In this document: piece after piece, positions 13,001-24,223 of the stretch | Numbering within the stretch: the stretch's first letter is position 1 | Layout: each line of letters begins with the position of its first letter | Source: Nemertoderma westbladi | Taxonomy: Eukaryota; Animalia; Xenacoelomorpha | Direction: 5' to 3' | DNA: 35,899 bases | Assembly: GCA_032718475.1 (NCBI GenBank) | Contig: JAUCBJ010000452.1 | Location: 1 to 35,899 of the forward strand | Translations under genes and position numbers: made by a program | Notes under the pieces: generated by a model | What the model was told of the DNA's origin: nothing | Seen by the model: the letters and a program-made list of their open reading frames with translations, nothing else | Databases searched by the model: none

Positions 13001-13233
13001 TGTGCAATTATTTCATAACATTTACTAATATGTCTAAGCAACGCAACCAGCCACCCCTAATGAAATTGTAATGAATTTCTAATGAAATACCGTTCGTTTA
13101 AGTCTGTCCTTGCTAACTGAAATTAGTTTGCTAAGTAGTTTTTTTATTTAATTTTTATTAACTTTTATCTTTAGTAAATAATTCTAGGATATTTCCTTTA
13201 TGTTTTTATCTATTCTGCAGTGGTACATACAGA
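13001..13233. repeat. AT-rich ~230-bp spacer module, copy 1
   Basis: Near-identical to 13937-14169 (offset 936) and partly to 20354-20511. Confidence 0.92.
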
Positions 13234-13936
13234 CGCCACGCCACACGCCACACAACGCCACACGACACCACGCCACGCAACGCCACGACACGCCACACCA
13301 CACGCCACGCTAAGCCACACGCCACGCAACGCTACGCCACACGACACCACACGCCACGCAACGCCACACGCCACGCAACGCCACGCAACGCAACGCCACG
13401 CCACACGACGCCACACCACGCCACGCAACGTCACACACCACGCCACACCACTTCACGCCATGCCACGCCACTACACACCACACGCCACACGACACCACGC
13501 CACGCAACTACACGCCACACCACTCCACGACACGCCACAACATTCCACGCCACGTCACCCGCCACGCCACACGACGACATGCCACACGACGCCACTACAC
13601 GCCACGCAACGCGCCACGCCACCACACGCCACGCAACGCCACGCCACACACAACGTCACACGCCACGCCACGCCAAGCCACTACACGCCACGCAACGCCA
13701 CACGCCTAAGTTTGCTACCAGTTTGCAGTTTACTACCACTCCACGACACGCCACGCCACTACAAACCACACGCCACGCCACGCCACGCCACGCCACACGA
13801 CGCCACACCAGGCCACGTCACACGCCACACCACACGACGACACGCCACGCAACACCACACCACACGACGCCAAACCACGCCATGCCACTACACGCCACGC
13901 AACGCCACACCACTACACGCCGTACGCCACACCACT
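13234..13936. repeat. CCACG/CCACA satellite, block B
   Basis: Variant order parallels block A (GCTAAGCCACAC, ACATTCCACGCCACGTCACCCGCC). Confidence 0.95.
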
Positions 13937-14169
13937 TGTGCAATTGTATCATAACATTTTCTAATATGTCTAACCAACGCAACCAGCCACCCCTAATGAA
14001 ATTGTAATGAATTTCTAATGAAATACCGTTCGTTTAATTCTGTTCTTGCTAACTGAAATTAGTTTGCTAAGTAGTTTTTTTATTTAATTTTTATTAACTT
14101 TTATCTTTAGTAAATAATTCTAGGATATTTCCTTTATGTTTTTATCTATTCTGCAGTGGTACATACAGA
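13937..14169. repeat. AT-rich ~230-bp spacer module, copy 2
   Basis: Direct repeat of 13001-13233. Confidence 0.92.
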
Positions 14170-17100
14170 CGCCACGCCACACGACGCCACGCCACGCCAC
14201 ACCACGCCACACGCCACGCAACGCCACGACACGCCACACGACACGCCACAACACGTCACGCAACGCCACGCCACACGACGCCACACCACGCCACACGCCA
14301 TGCCACACCACTCCACGCCACGTCACTACACACCACACGCCACGCTACGCAACACCACGCCACGTCACACGAAACGCCACACGACGACACGCAACACGCA
14401 ACGCCACGCCACACGACGCCACTACACGCCACGCAACGCCACGCCACACCACTCCACGACACGTCACGCCACTACACACCACACGCAACGCCACGCCACA
14501 CGACGCTACTACAAGCCATATGCCACTCGCCACGCCACACGCGACACGCCACACGACGCCACTACACGCCACACCACTCCACGACACGCCACGCCACTAC
14601 ACACCACGCCACACCACTCCACGACACACCACGTCATTACACACCACACGCCACGCAACGCCACACCACGCCACGTCACACGAAACGCCACACGACCACA
14701 CGCAACGCCACGCCACACGACGCCACTACACGCCAAGCAACGCCACACCACTACACGACACGCCACGCAACTACACACCACACGCAACGCCATGCCACAC
14801 GACGCCACACCACGCCACGTCACGCCACTATACTTGGCCTATACTTACTACACCACGTCACACGCAACGCCACGCCACATGACGCCATGCCACACAATGC
14901 CACACGCCGCGCCACACCACTTCACGCCATGCCACTACACACCAAACGACGCCACGGCACTACATGCTACACCACTCCACGACACGCCACGCCACACGCC
15001 ATGTCAAACGCCATGCCACACTACGACACGCCACGCAATGCCACGCCACACGACGCCACACCACGCCACTACACGCAACGCCACATGCCATTCCGCGACA
15101 TGCCACTACACACGCCACGCAACGCCACACGTCGCCACACGACGCCACTACACGCCACACCACTCCACGACACGCCACGCCACTACACACCACGCCACAC
15201 CACTCCACGACACACCACGTCATTACACACCACACGCCACGCAACGCCACACCACGCCACGTCACACGAAACGCCACACGACCACACGCAACGCCACGCC
15301 ACACGACGCCACTACACGCCAAGCAACGCCACACCACTCCACGACACGCCACGCAACTACACACCACACGCAACGCCATGCCACCCACACGACGCCACAC
15401 CACGCCACGTCACGCGACTATACTTGGCCTATACTTACTACACCACGTCACACGCAACGCCACGCCACACGACGCCATGCCACACAATGCCACACGCCGC
15501 GCCACACCACTTCACGCCATGCCACTACACACCAAACGACGCCACGGCACTACATGCTACAGCACTCCACGACACGCCACGCCACACGCCATGTCAAACG
15601 CCATGCCACACTACGACACGCCACGGAATGCCACGCCACACGACGCCACACCACGCCACTACACGCAACGCCACATGCCATTCCGCGACACGCCACTACA
15701 CACGCCACGCAACGCCACACGTCGCCACACCACGCCACGTCACACGCCACGCCACACGACAACACGCCACGCAACGCCACCCTTACGACGCCACACCACG
15801 CAACGCCACACCACACCACACGACGACATGCCACACCACGCCAATACACGCCACGCAACGCCGCTCCACTACACACCACACGCCACGCAACGGCACACGA
15901 CGCCACGTCACACGCCACGACGACACGCCACGCAATGACACACGACGCCATACCACGCCACTACACTCCACGCAACACCACACGCCACTACACTCCACGC
16001 AACACCACACGCCACACGACGCCACGCCACGCAACGCCACGACACGCCACGCCACACAACGACACATCACGCAACGCCACGACACGCCACACCATGTCAC
16101 ACGACACGCAACGCCACACGACGCCACGCAACGCCACACGCCGCGCCACACCACTTCACGCCACGCCACTACACACCACACGACGCCATGCCACACCACT
16201 CCACGACACGCCACGTCACACGCCAAGCCACACTACAACACGCCATGCAACGCCACGCCACACGCCATGCAACGCCACGCCACACGACGCCACACCACGC
16301 CACGCAATGCCACACGCCACTCCACGACACGCCACTCCACGACACGCCACTACACACGCCACGCAACGCCACACGTCGCCACACCACGCCACTTCACACG
16401 CCACACGACGACACGCCACGCCTCACGACGCCACACCACGCTACGCCACACCACGCCACACCACGTCACACGCAACGCCACGCCACACGACGCCATGCCA
16501 CACAATGCCACACGCCGCGCCACACCACTTCACGCCATGCCACTACACACCAAACGACGCCACGGCACTACATGCCACACCACTCCACGACACGCCACGC
16601 CACACGCCATGTCAAACGCCATGCCACACTACGACACGCCACGCAATACCACGCCACACGACGCTACACCACGCCACTACACGCAACGCCACATGCCATT
16701 CCGCGACACGCCACTACACACGCCACGCAACGCCACACGTCGACACACCACGCCACACGACACCACGCCACACGACGCCACGCCACACAAAGCCACGACA
16801 CGCCACACCAAGCAACGCAACACCTCGCCACGCGACGCCACACACCGCGCCATGCCACGCCACGCCACACGACGCCACACCACACAACGCCACACCACTC
16901 CACGCCACGCCACTACACACCACACGCCACGCAATGCCACACAACACGCCATGCCACACGCTATGCCACACGCCATGCAACACGTCACATGCAACACCAC
17001 ACGCCACGCCACACACCACGCCACACGCCACGAAACCCACCACGCCAAACGCCATGCCACACGCCATGCCACACACAACGCCATGCCACACGACGCCACA

Positions 17101-17220
17101 CCACGCCACACGCAACGCAACACCACGACACACCATACCACGCCACACAACGCCACGATACGCCACACCACACCACGCCACACGACACCACGCAATGCCA
17201 CACACCACGTCGTGCACACA
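14170..17220. repeat. CCACG/CCACA satellite, block C, with ~590-bp higher-order duplication
   Basis: Marker TACTTGGCCTATACTTAC at 14831 and 15421; ACCAAACGACGCCACGGCACTACATG at ~14941, ~15531, ~16548. Confidence 0.95.
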
Positions 17221-17315
17221 TACTCGTCGCACCACTCGTTGCACTTACGGTACTTTTGTTTATTGTTTGGCCCTTAAAAGGGCCGTTTGGGTTGGTAGAA
17301 CGTGCACACTCTAAC

Positions 17316-17957
17316 TTAATGTGAAATCACAGAAAGCAGAGCATGCCGGATTGTGGCGTACAACTTCCCTTGCCCATGGTCTTTAGAAAGGTGTATGCCG
17401 CCTGAATCAAGGATATTACTACCCTCAATTAGGTGGCATAGGGGTCCTCTCGTGGCAATGGCACAACCATAGTTTGTATGATTGAGCCATGCGACCATTC
17501 GCTCGTTTGTAGCTACCCGCCTCATATTAAAATTGGGATCGAGGTCGATATGTCGCCGGTGCATCAAGCGAGGAAAGATCTGTGACCATAATACCAGTGA
17601 GGAGCCATTGGCAGAGTAATCTTGTATTATTCTCCTCAAATTCGAGACAACGAAATCCACGCTGCTAACGCAGAGATCGTTGCCTCCAAAAATGAGGACA
17701 ATGACACACGGCTTCCTTTCCCAATGATTCATGATCGCACCGGGGTTGTGGTCAGCAAAGATCAATCCCGATCTCGGCTGAAAAGTGACCCTGGCTACTG
17801 TTGGTTGTAGGCCAAAGTTACTATCGCAGTCGGGATCGTGCTTAATGTACTGGTGGAGATGATCAACATGCGAAGATCCGATAATCTTAATATTATGGAC
17901 GTGGGGCCGCTTACAAACGAAAGGGATTGTTCCGGTTAGAGGTTTAGAGTGTGGCAT
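17316..17957 (-). CDS. SGNH/GDSL-type hydrolase (esterase), transposon-associated type, 213 aa
   Basis: Block I IIGSSHV, block II RSG, block III VLIFGGNDL, SQIFPR, block V LDSGGIHL in the correct order and spacing; non-repetitive ORF with ATG and stop. Confidence 0.85.
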   Translation of the reverse strand: MPHSKPLTGTIPFVCKRPHVHNIKIIGSSHVDHLHQYIKHDPDCDSNFGLQPTVARVTFQPRSGLIFADHNPGAIMNHWERKPCVIVLIFGGNDLCVSSVDFVVSNLRRIIQDYSANGSSLVLWSQIFPRLMHRRHIDLDPNFNMRRVATNERMVAWLNHTNYGCAIATRGPLCHLIEGSNILDSGGIHLSKDHGQGKLYATIRHALLSVISH

Positions 17958-18486
17958 ACTCTCAAGGATATTATAGAAATAATAATAGTAATCATTCGCG
18001 GTGGAATGGTTGTGACACTGGATAGGGTTAATAAACTCATACTCAGTTTTATACTAGGTATGTTCCCACAATTGGTCAGTGAAAAACTTTTTATGGGCAT
18101 TAAAACCCATAAATCTTATCTTGGCGCCAATCGTCTGTATCGACTGCCGCCTGATTAGCTCTTTCTTGTAAAACCATTTTGCAACTAATTACAGTATAAT
18201 AGATCAGTGTTGATATTTTGGCGACAGAAAGTCTGTATCAACATTCCCTTCTCAGCATAGCTTTAGACTAACTTCAATCTTGTTTGACCAAGTATTCGCA
18301 GACTCCATTAATTACAGTGTTACACAACTTTCACATGGGTTAAGTTTCCACAGTTAAGGACCTTACCAGTATGGTGGTGGCTCATGGAGGCCAAACAACT
18401 GAAAAATAATAAATCGCATCAACAAGTAAATCACGAAATTTAGAATGTGTTACCCATAACTCCCATCCATCCTGTTCATTGATTTG

Positions 18487-18594
18487 GTTAGTGGCAATTT
18501 CGCCCTCGTCTATAATACCAGGTTTTAACTTTTCAGTCCAAACATAATGTAATTTAAAATATGAAGAATGTATTTTAATGATTTTACAGTACAG
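18487..18594 (+). repeat. Truncated copy of the MITE-like family plus shared flank
   Basis: Aligns by eye with 23402-23510 (GTTAGTGGCA..ATAATACCAGGTTTTAA..TTTCAGTCCAAACATAAT..GTACAG). Confidence 0.75.
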
Positions 18595-19103
18595 CCACAC
18601 ACCACGTCACACGCCACGGCACACGCCACGCCACAAGCTATGCCACACGCAACGCCACACCACACGCAACGCCACATGCCACGCCACGCCACACCACACG
18701 CCATGCCACACGCTATGCCACACGCCATGCCACACGTCACATGCAACACCACACGCCACGCCACACACCACGCCACGCCACGAAACCCACCACGCCAAAC
18801 GCCATGCCACACGCCATGCCACACGCAACGCCATGCCACACGCCACGCCACACACCACGTCACACGCCACGCCACACACCACGCCACACGCCACGAAACC
18901 CACCACGCCACATGCCATGCCGCACGCCATGCCACACGCAACGCCACACGCCACGCCACACACCATGTCACACGCCACGGCACACGCCACGCCACACGCT
19001 ACGCCACATGCCACGCCACACCACACGCCACACGCAACTCCACATGCCACGCCACGCCGCACCACACGCCATGCCACACGCCATGCCACACGCCATGCCA
19101 CAC
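18595..19103. repeat. CCACG/CCATG/CCACA satellite, block D
   Basis: Same family as A-C; 18700-18830 nearly matches 16950-17080. Confidence 0.95.
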
Positions 19104-19179
19104 GTATTTTGCACGTCATATTTTTCACTTTGACTGAGAATGAAATGGGATTCGGATTGGTAAACACTACCAGTTCGAG

Positions 19180-19525
19180 GTGAATTACTTACCATGGTTG
19201 AGTTGAAACTTACAACCTGTGCTGAAACTTACCATAATAGCGTTTCAACTCATAAGTTCGAGTTGAACTGAATTGTAACTTACAACATTCGCTGAAACTT
19301 ACTAGTTGCGTTTAAAGATTATTATACTTGCATTGAAAATTACTGTACCATGTTTGCTTAAATTTACCAGTTGCGTTGAAACTTACCATAATAGTTGAGT
19401 TGAAACTTACCTTATTTATATTGAAATTTAGCAATATTAGCGTTTCAACTCACCAGTTGGAGTTGAGTTGAAACTTACCATATTTGAGTTTCACTTCATT
19501 AGTTTGAGTTGAGTTGAAACTTACC
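19180..19525. repeat. Degenerate GAGTTGAAACTTACCA minisatellite
   Basis: Repeated (GAG)TTGAAACTTAC cores, with inverted TTTCAACTC copies at ~19242 and ~19444. Confidence 0.8.
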
Positions 19526-19579
19526 TATAATTGTTGGACAGTCCTGCATGTACTGTACAGCCTGTAATAGTTTCTACAA

Positions 19580-19608
19580 CCCCCCCCCCCCCCCCCCCCC
19601 GCCCCCCC
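19580..19608. repeat. Poly(C) tract
   Basis: ~21 C, one G, then 7 C; a second poly(C) lies at 23165-23186. Confidence 0.9.
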
Positions 19609-20353
19609 ATGCACATCCGCATACTTATACCATATTAACCCACACCCATTCAACCCCCCACCTCCAAACACATAAACGTTGGATTCACCTGTACACAGCC
19701 CAACTTACCGCGTAGTCACAGAGGGGTGGACAGAGACCCGAAGTAAATCCAGGGGGTTGACTAGAGACCCGAACCGAACCCCCCATCCCAGGGTGGACAG
19801 AGACCAACGGCTTGCTGATAGTAGCAGTAACAGTTGTTTCATAATCCATGGTCCATCCAGCCGCCCCCCCCCCCCGTCCACGTTTGAAATTGAATATTTC
19901 AGAAGAAGTAATACGATTAATTATTATTAAAGAATGATTTATATTAATATCATACTGCATATAATTTATCATGTATATCATTAATTCATTATCATACATT
20001 ATCAATATCAATATCAGTACCGTACCTACCTGCCATTCTATTTTTAACCCACTTAGAACCACCCACAATGAATGTTTATAATAATTATTATTTGCCAGTA
20101 AAACACAGACAGGATTTAATTTGCCTTTAGCTAAGACATGGAAGTAGCCTAACGCACGTGCACAGAGTTCGTTCAACTAATGTGGTTCTAAGAAATTTTC
20201 CATGTGAAAGCTCTCACCTTTTGAACTCTTACTCCTTCTCTCACACAGCCAGCACGTCAACCTCGTCACCCATTGGATGATGGCAGGAAGGCGTGTACAG
20301 GTTTACTGCCTTGGTGGTTTCTATATAAGCAAGTTAGCAGACAAAACTTTGTG

Positions 20354-20511
20354 GAATTTCTAATGAAATGCCGTTTGTTTAATTCTGTTCTTGCTAACTT
20401 CAATTAGTTTGCTAAGTAGTTTTTTTATTTAATTTTTATTAACTTTTATCTTTAGTGAATAATTGTAGGATATTTTCTTTATGTTTTTATCTACTCTGCA
20501 GTGGTACATAC
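20354..20511. repeat. Partial third copy of the AT-rich spacer module
   Basis: GAATTTCTAATGAAAT..CTGCAGTGGTACATAC matches 13073-13230; short satellite remnant at ~20622-20665. Confidence 0.88.
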
Positions 20512-22053
20512 ATACGTATCATGTGTCGGCTAGAATGTATTAATCTGTTAATTGCAGTATGTACGGGCCTAATACAGTAATAGGTATTTTACCAGCAATA
20601 GTAATAGGTTATTTAATAGGTATGCCACGCCACACGACGACTACACGACGACACGCCTACACTACGGGCAGCCGGCAGGCCCAAGCCCTATGTATGCCTA
20701 TCCTTGGGAAGTTCAGAAGTAGGCTATTGCAGTACTGTACAGTATGCAGTATCAATGCAACATTATCAAAATGCAGAGTTGTAGGCCTAGGCTTAACGCT
20801 TTACCTAGACTGCTAGATTGCTGTAGGCCTAATTTATTTAATTTCTTTTGACTGTTTGAAGGGTCATGCAGTCATTTTATTTTTTCGGAGAGGCATTTAC
20901 AATACTGCAATAGGCCCTACTGCAGCCAGCAGCCCTAATTCAGTAATTACAATAGCCTACCGTTACCAGGTACTTTTTATGTTTATTATTTAGGCCTGAT
21001 TGATTGCGATTGATTGATATTGATTGCGATTATTATTATTGTTAATTATTATTATTGGATATTATATTATTATTTATTTACGTGGTTGCGATAGCTGAAA
21101 CTAACTCGAAGCTTTGGTGGATTGTAATCGATTCTCTTGGCTTCTTCTTCCGGTTCTGTGGAAGCTATTGCGACTTAACTTTTTGATTGTTTTATTTTAT
21201 CGCTGTGCGTCGTGGAACACTAAACGTTTGACTGTTTATTTGCCGTTTTCACTGAGGTTAGTCAAAAAGTTCCAACACATACCGGTAGCCTAAAGCAGTA
21301 AAGCCTACTGGCTGACCGGTATCCCACCAGCCTATAGAAGCATTATGGCAAGGTATAGGCAAGCTCTACACTACTGTACTATATCATACTGGACAGCCGG
21401 AAGCGGATCTGTGTAGCAGAAGGCAGGAAAGAAACAGATAATTTTTACTCCCCATGCAAAATCACCTGTCTGCAGGTTACAGGGTTAACATGGTTAACTA
21501 CTGCTGCCTACATCTGTCTGTCTGTCTGTACGTGAGTTTAATTAAAATTGTAAGGCCTATTGTGTCGTCATAAATTTAGGAATGTTTAACGATATTTTCC
21601 TAAGCCCAGTTAACAGGATAGGCTAGGAAGGCATAGGCCTACGTTTGTTGGTTTTGCAGCTTATTTTCAACGCACTTTATTAGAACTATCACCCGTGTTC
21701 TCACAATATTGAGGCATTGCTGCATTGTAACCGAAATACCAAAACGCTGTAAATAACCAGCATTGCGCTCTCAAAACGTTGCCATCGCGCCTCCATGTTC
21801 ACAGTGCTGTCACCGCGAAGTGTTTATTTGAACCAGGCCAGGCTTTGGGCTAATTGTATTATTTTTTATTTGTTCATATTGATATACCGGTACTGCTACG
21901 CAATAGGGCTATAGGGCTTATTTTCTGTAACAGAACAGTTTTGTGGTTGGCGAGATTGTCTGTAATTTATTTCTTTACAGTAATTTATTTCTGTAATTTA
22001 GCCAATGTATATACGGGACGGCAAATTTAGCAGTTTAGCCTACCTTTCAAGCG

Positions 22054-22344
22054 CCCATGTGAAGAATACCGTCAGGATTTAACTTTTCGGTAGACTTTTT
22101 ATTGGAATTTTATATATGAAGATAATTTATTTTTTTAAATTTATCTTTATTAAGTGTTTTATAGCGCTTGTGTCTGTATTATAACTTGTACAAATATTAA
22201 TTCGTTTATTGTTTTGGTTAGATTCAGCCCTTCTGTAACCTGTGTTTTTTATGAAAACCTGGTAGGCCTATTCTTCACATGATTACATGGGGGTAACTGC
22301 AAAGTTAAATATAACGGCAGAAAGTCTGGTATTCTTCATATGGG
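22054..22344. mobile_element. MITE-like element with ~17-bp terminal inverted repeats
   Basis: CCCATGTGAAGAATACC (22054-22070) vs GGTATTCTTCATATGGG (22328-22344, 1 mismatch); internal sequence shared with 23423-23620 and 23850-24050. Confidence 0.7.
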
Positions 22345-22765
22345 GGCCCCTTTTAGCTATTTATTTTACAATAAATTTATATTATTTAGAATTCAAGATA
22401 AGTATTTTATTATTCCTGCATTCAACAAGCTTTCAAGGGAGTACCGGTATATATATTTCCCATTAAATATAGCAATGTTTGGTGACTACGGGTATATTTT
22501 ATTTTGTTAACACTGCAGTAAAATTAAATTTAAGAATCACGAATCCTTACAGTACAAGTAGGCCTAGCTTGTATTGTATGGCCTTTGCCTTTGCTGTTAT
22601 GGTTATGCTATGCCTGTATCATAATGTCTGTTATTTTCTTAAATTTGTACTGTTATATTGACACTATTTATATGCACTAATATTAACATTACAGCTCCCG
22701 CACTCAACAACCTTATATATTAGCCTACTTGGTGGTCTACCTTAATTTCTGTATTTTCTTTTAGA

Positions 22766-22948
22766 ATGAGTAAAAAAAGAAAACAGAGCGAGTGTTCGTA
22801 CTGCCACGGCCAAGTACCTCCGAAACGCCACACTAAGGCTACGTGCCGCGTTCGTAGGGAACACCGAGCGTTGGGGATCTTTGAGGATACCATTGAGGAG
22901 GGGATTGGGATGGAAGCTCGGATCCGGTTTAGCCTTCAACAGGAGCGG
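22766..22948 (+). CDS. Predicted coding exon 1 of the Helitron-like transposase: basic NLS-like start (MSKKRK) and C-x2-C-x8-H-x4-C knuckle
   Basis: Acceptor TATTTTCTTTTAG ending 22764, ATG 22766, donor CGG|GTGAGT at 22949; 61 codons, phase 0, joins the next exon in frame. Confidence 0.65.
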
Positions 22949-23422
22949 GTGAGTTAACCGATATACGTTATATACTACCTTGTCAAACAATATCCCCCGC
23001 CCCATTCATCGATTTCGTCTATATATCTTACCGAACAGCCGGCGTTTCCACCGTCCTCACATATACAGTGGTATGCAACTCCCCCCGCATCCCCCTCCAC
23101 CACCCGCGCCCCTCAGTCCTACCAATTTGTATGTAATTTGCAACGGCACCCAATAACCGCCGTGCCCCCCCCCCCCCCCCCCCCCCAGCCGTGTCAATTT
23201 GTATACTGTTAATACGCCCCCACACACCCCGCCCTGTCGATTAGTGTATAATGGGCACCCCCCGCACGCTACCCCATCCGATTACCGCCTCTCCCGCCTC
23301 ATTTTTCCTTGTATTATAAAGATCGCTTTAAATTTTTTATTATATAATTATATACCGGTATTAAAATATGTATCTTACCCGTTCATATATATTGTTTTTT
23401 CGTTAGTGGCACGTTCGTCCTC

Positions 23423-23620
23423 GTGAATAATACCAGGTTTTAATGTTTCAGTCCAAACATAATTGTAATTTAATATATGAAACATGTATTTCACTGATTT
23501 TAAAGTACAGATACTACCGGTAACTCAGTTATTGTTTTGGTTATTCATCACTTATGTAACCTGATTGCAGTGAAAACCTGGTATTGTCTAAATGGTAGTA
23601 AACTGCAAAGTGAAATATAA
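23423..23620. mobile_element. Degenerate copy of the MITE-like family (intronic)
   Basis: GTGAATAATACCAGG..TTATTGTTTTGGTTA..GAAAACCTGGTATT..AACTGCAAAGT. Confidence 0.6.
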
Positions 23621-23849
23621 ACTCACTCACATGATTGTTAGTGTAACAAAGTAATACTTTATATACCAACAAGTGTGTAAATATTTATGTAATTTATATG
23701 TATTATTGTTGGGCGAGCCACTAAGTCAGTGAGCAATCAATCATTTTATTATGGACATGTCTGTCTGTCCGTCTGATGGCTGGAGAAGGTAAGTTAATGT
23801 TTGATATAATTACAATTTTAACCGTTCTCTTCAATGACACATTCATCAC

Positions 23850-24050
23850 GTGAAGAATACCAGTTTTAACATTTCAGTCCAAAATTTATTTTATATTATT
23901 TGTATTTTTTTTATGATTGTACATTATATCCTACCTGTAACTCATTTATTGTTTTGGTTAGATTCAGCCCGTGTGTAACCTCAGATTTTAGTGCAAACCT
24001 GGTATTCTTCACATTCAACTGCAAACTCTGGTACACTTCACATGGGCCGC
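23850..24050. mobile_element. Degenerate copy of the MITE-like family (intronic)
   Basis: GTGAAGAATACCAG..CTGGTATTCTTCACAT..CTTCACATGGGCCGC. Confidence 0.65.
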
Positions 24051-24223
24051 AATATTTAATGAATTAACATTATTTTTAAAGAGATCGTTGTTATTATAAA
24101 CCGGTACCTATGATTTGTTTTGTATATACATATTAATTGGTTACTTAATTGCGGTGCACTCAACATGTTTGTATATTAATTCGTAACATTCGTAACGTTA
24201 ATTCATTCCTAACATATTAATTC

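Noticed and set aside
12484-19195. Many His/Thr/Arg/Pro-rich or Val/Trp/Cys-rich ORFs up to 1052 aa
   Set aside because: Translations of a T-poor satellite, open in several frames; only 17316..17957 in this interval is a credible gene
23755-23795. GTCT/GTCC microsatellite and strong donor AAG|GTAAGT at 23789
   Set aside because: No convincing upstream acceptor or open exon; probably a decayed repeat fragment in the intron
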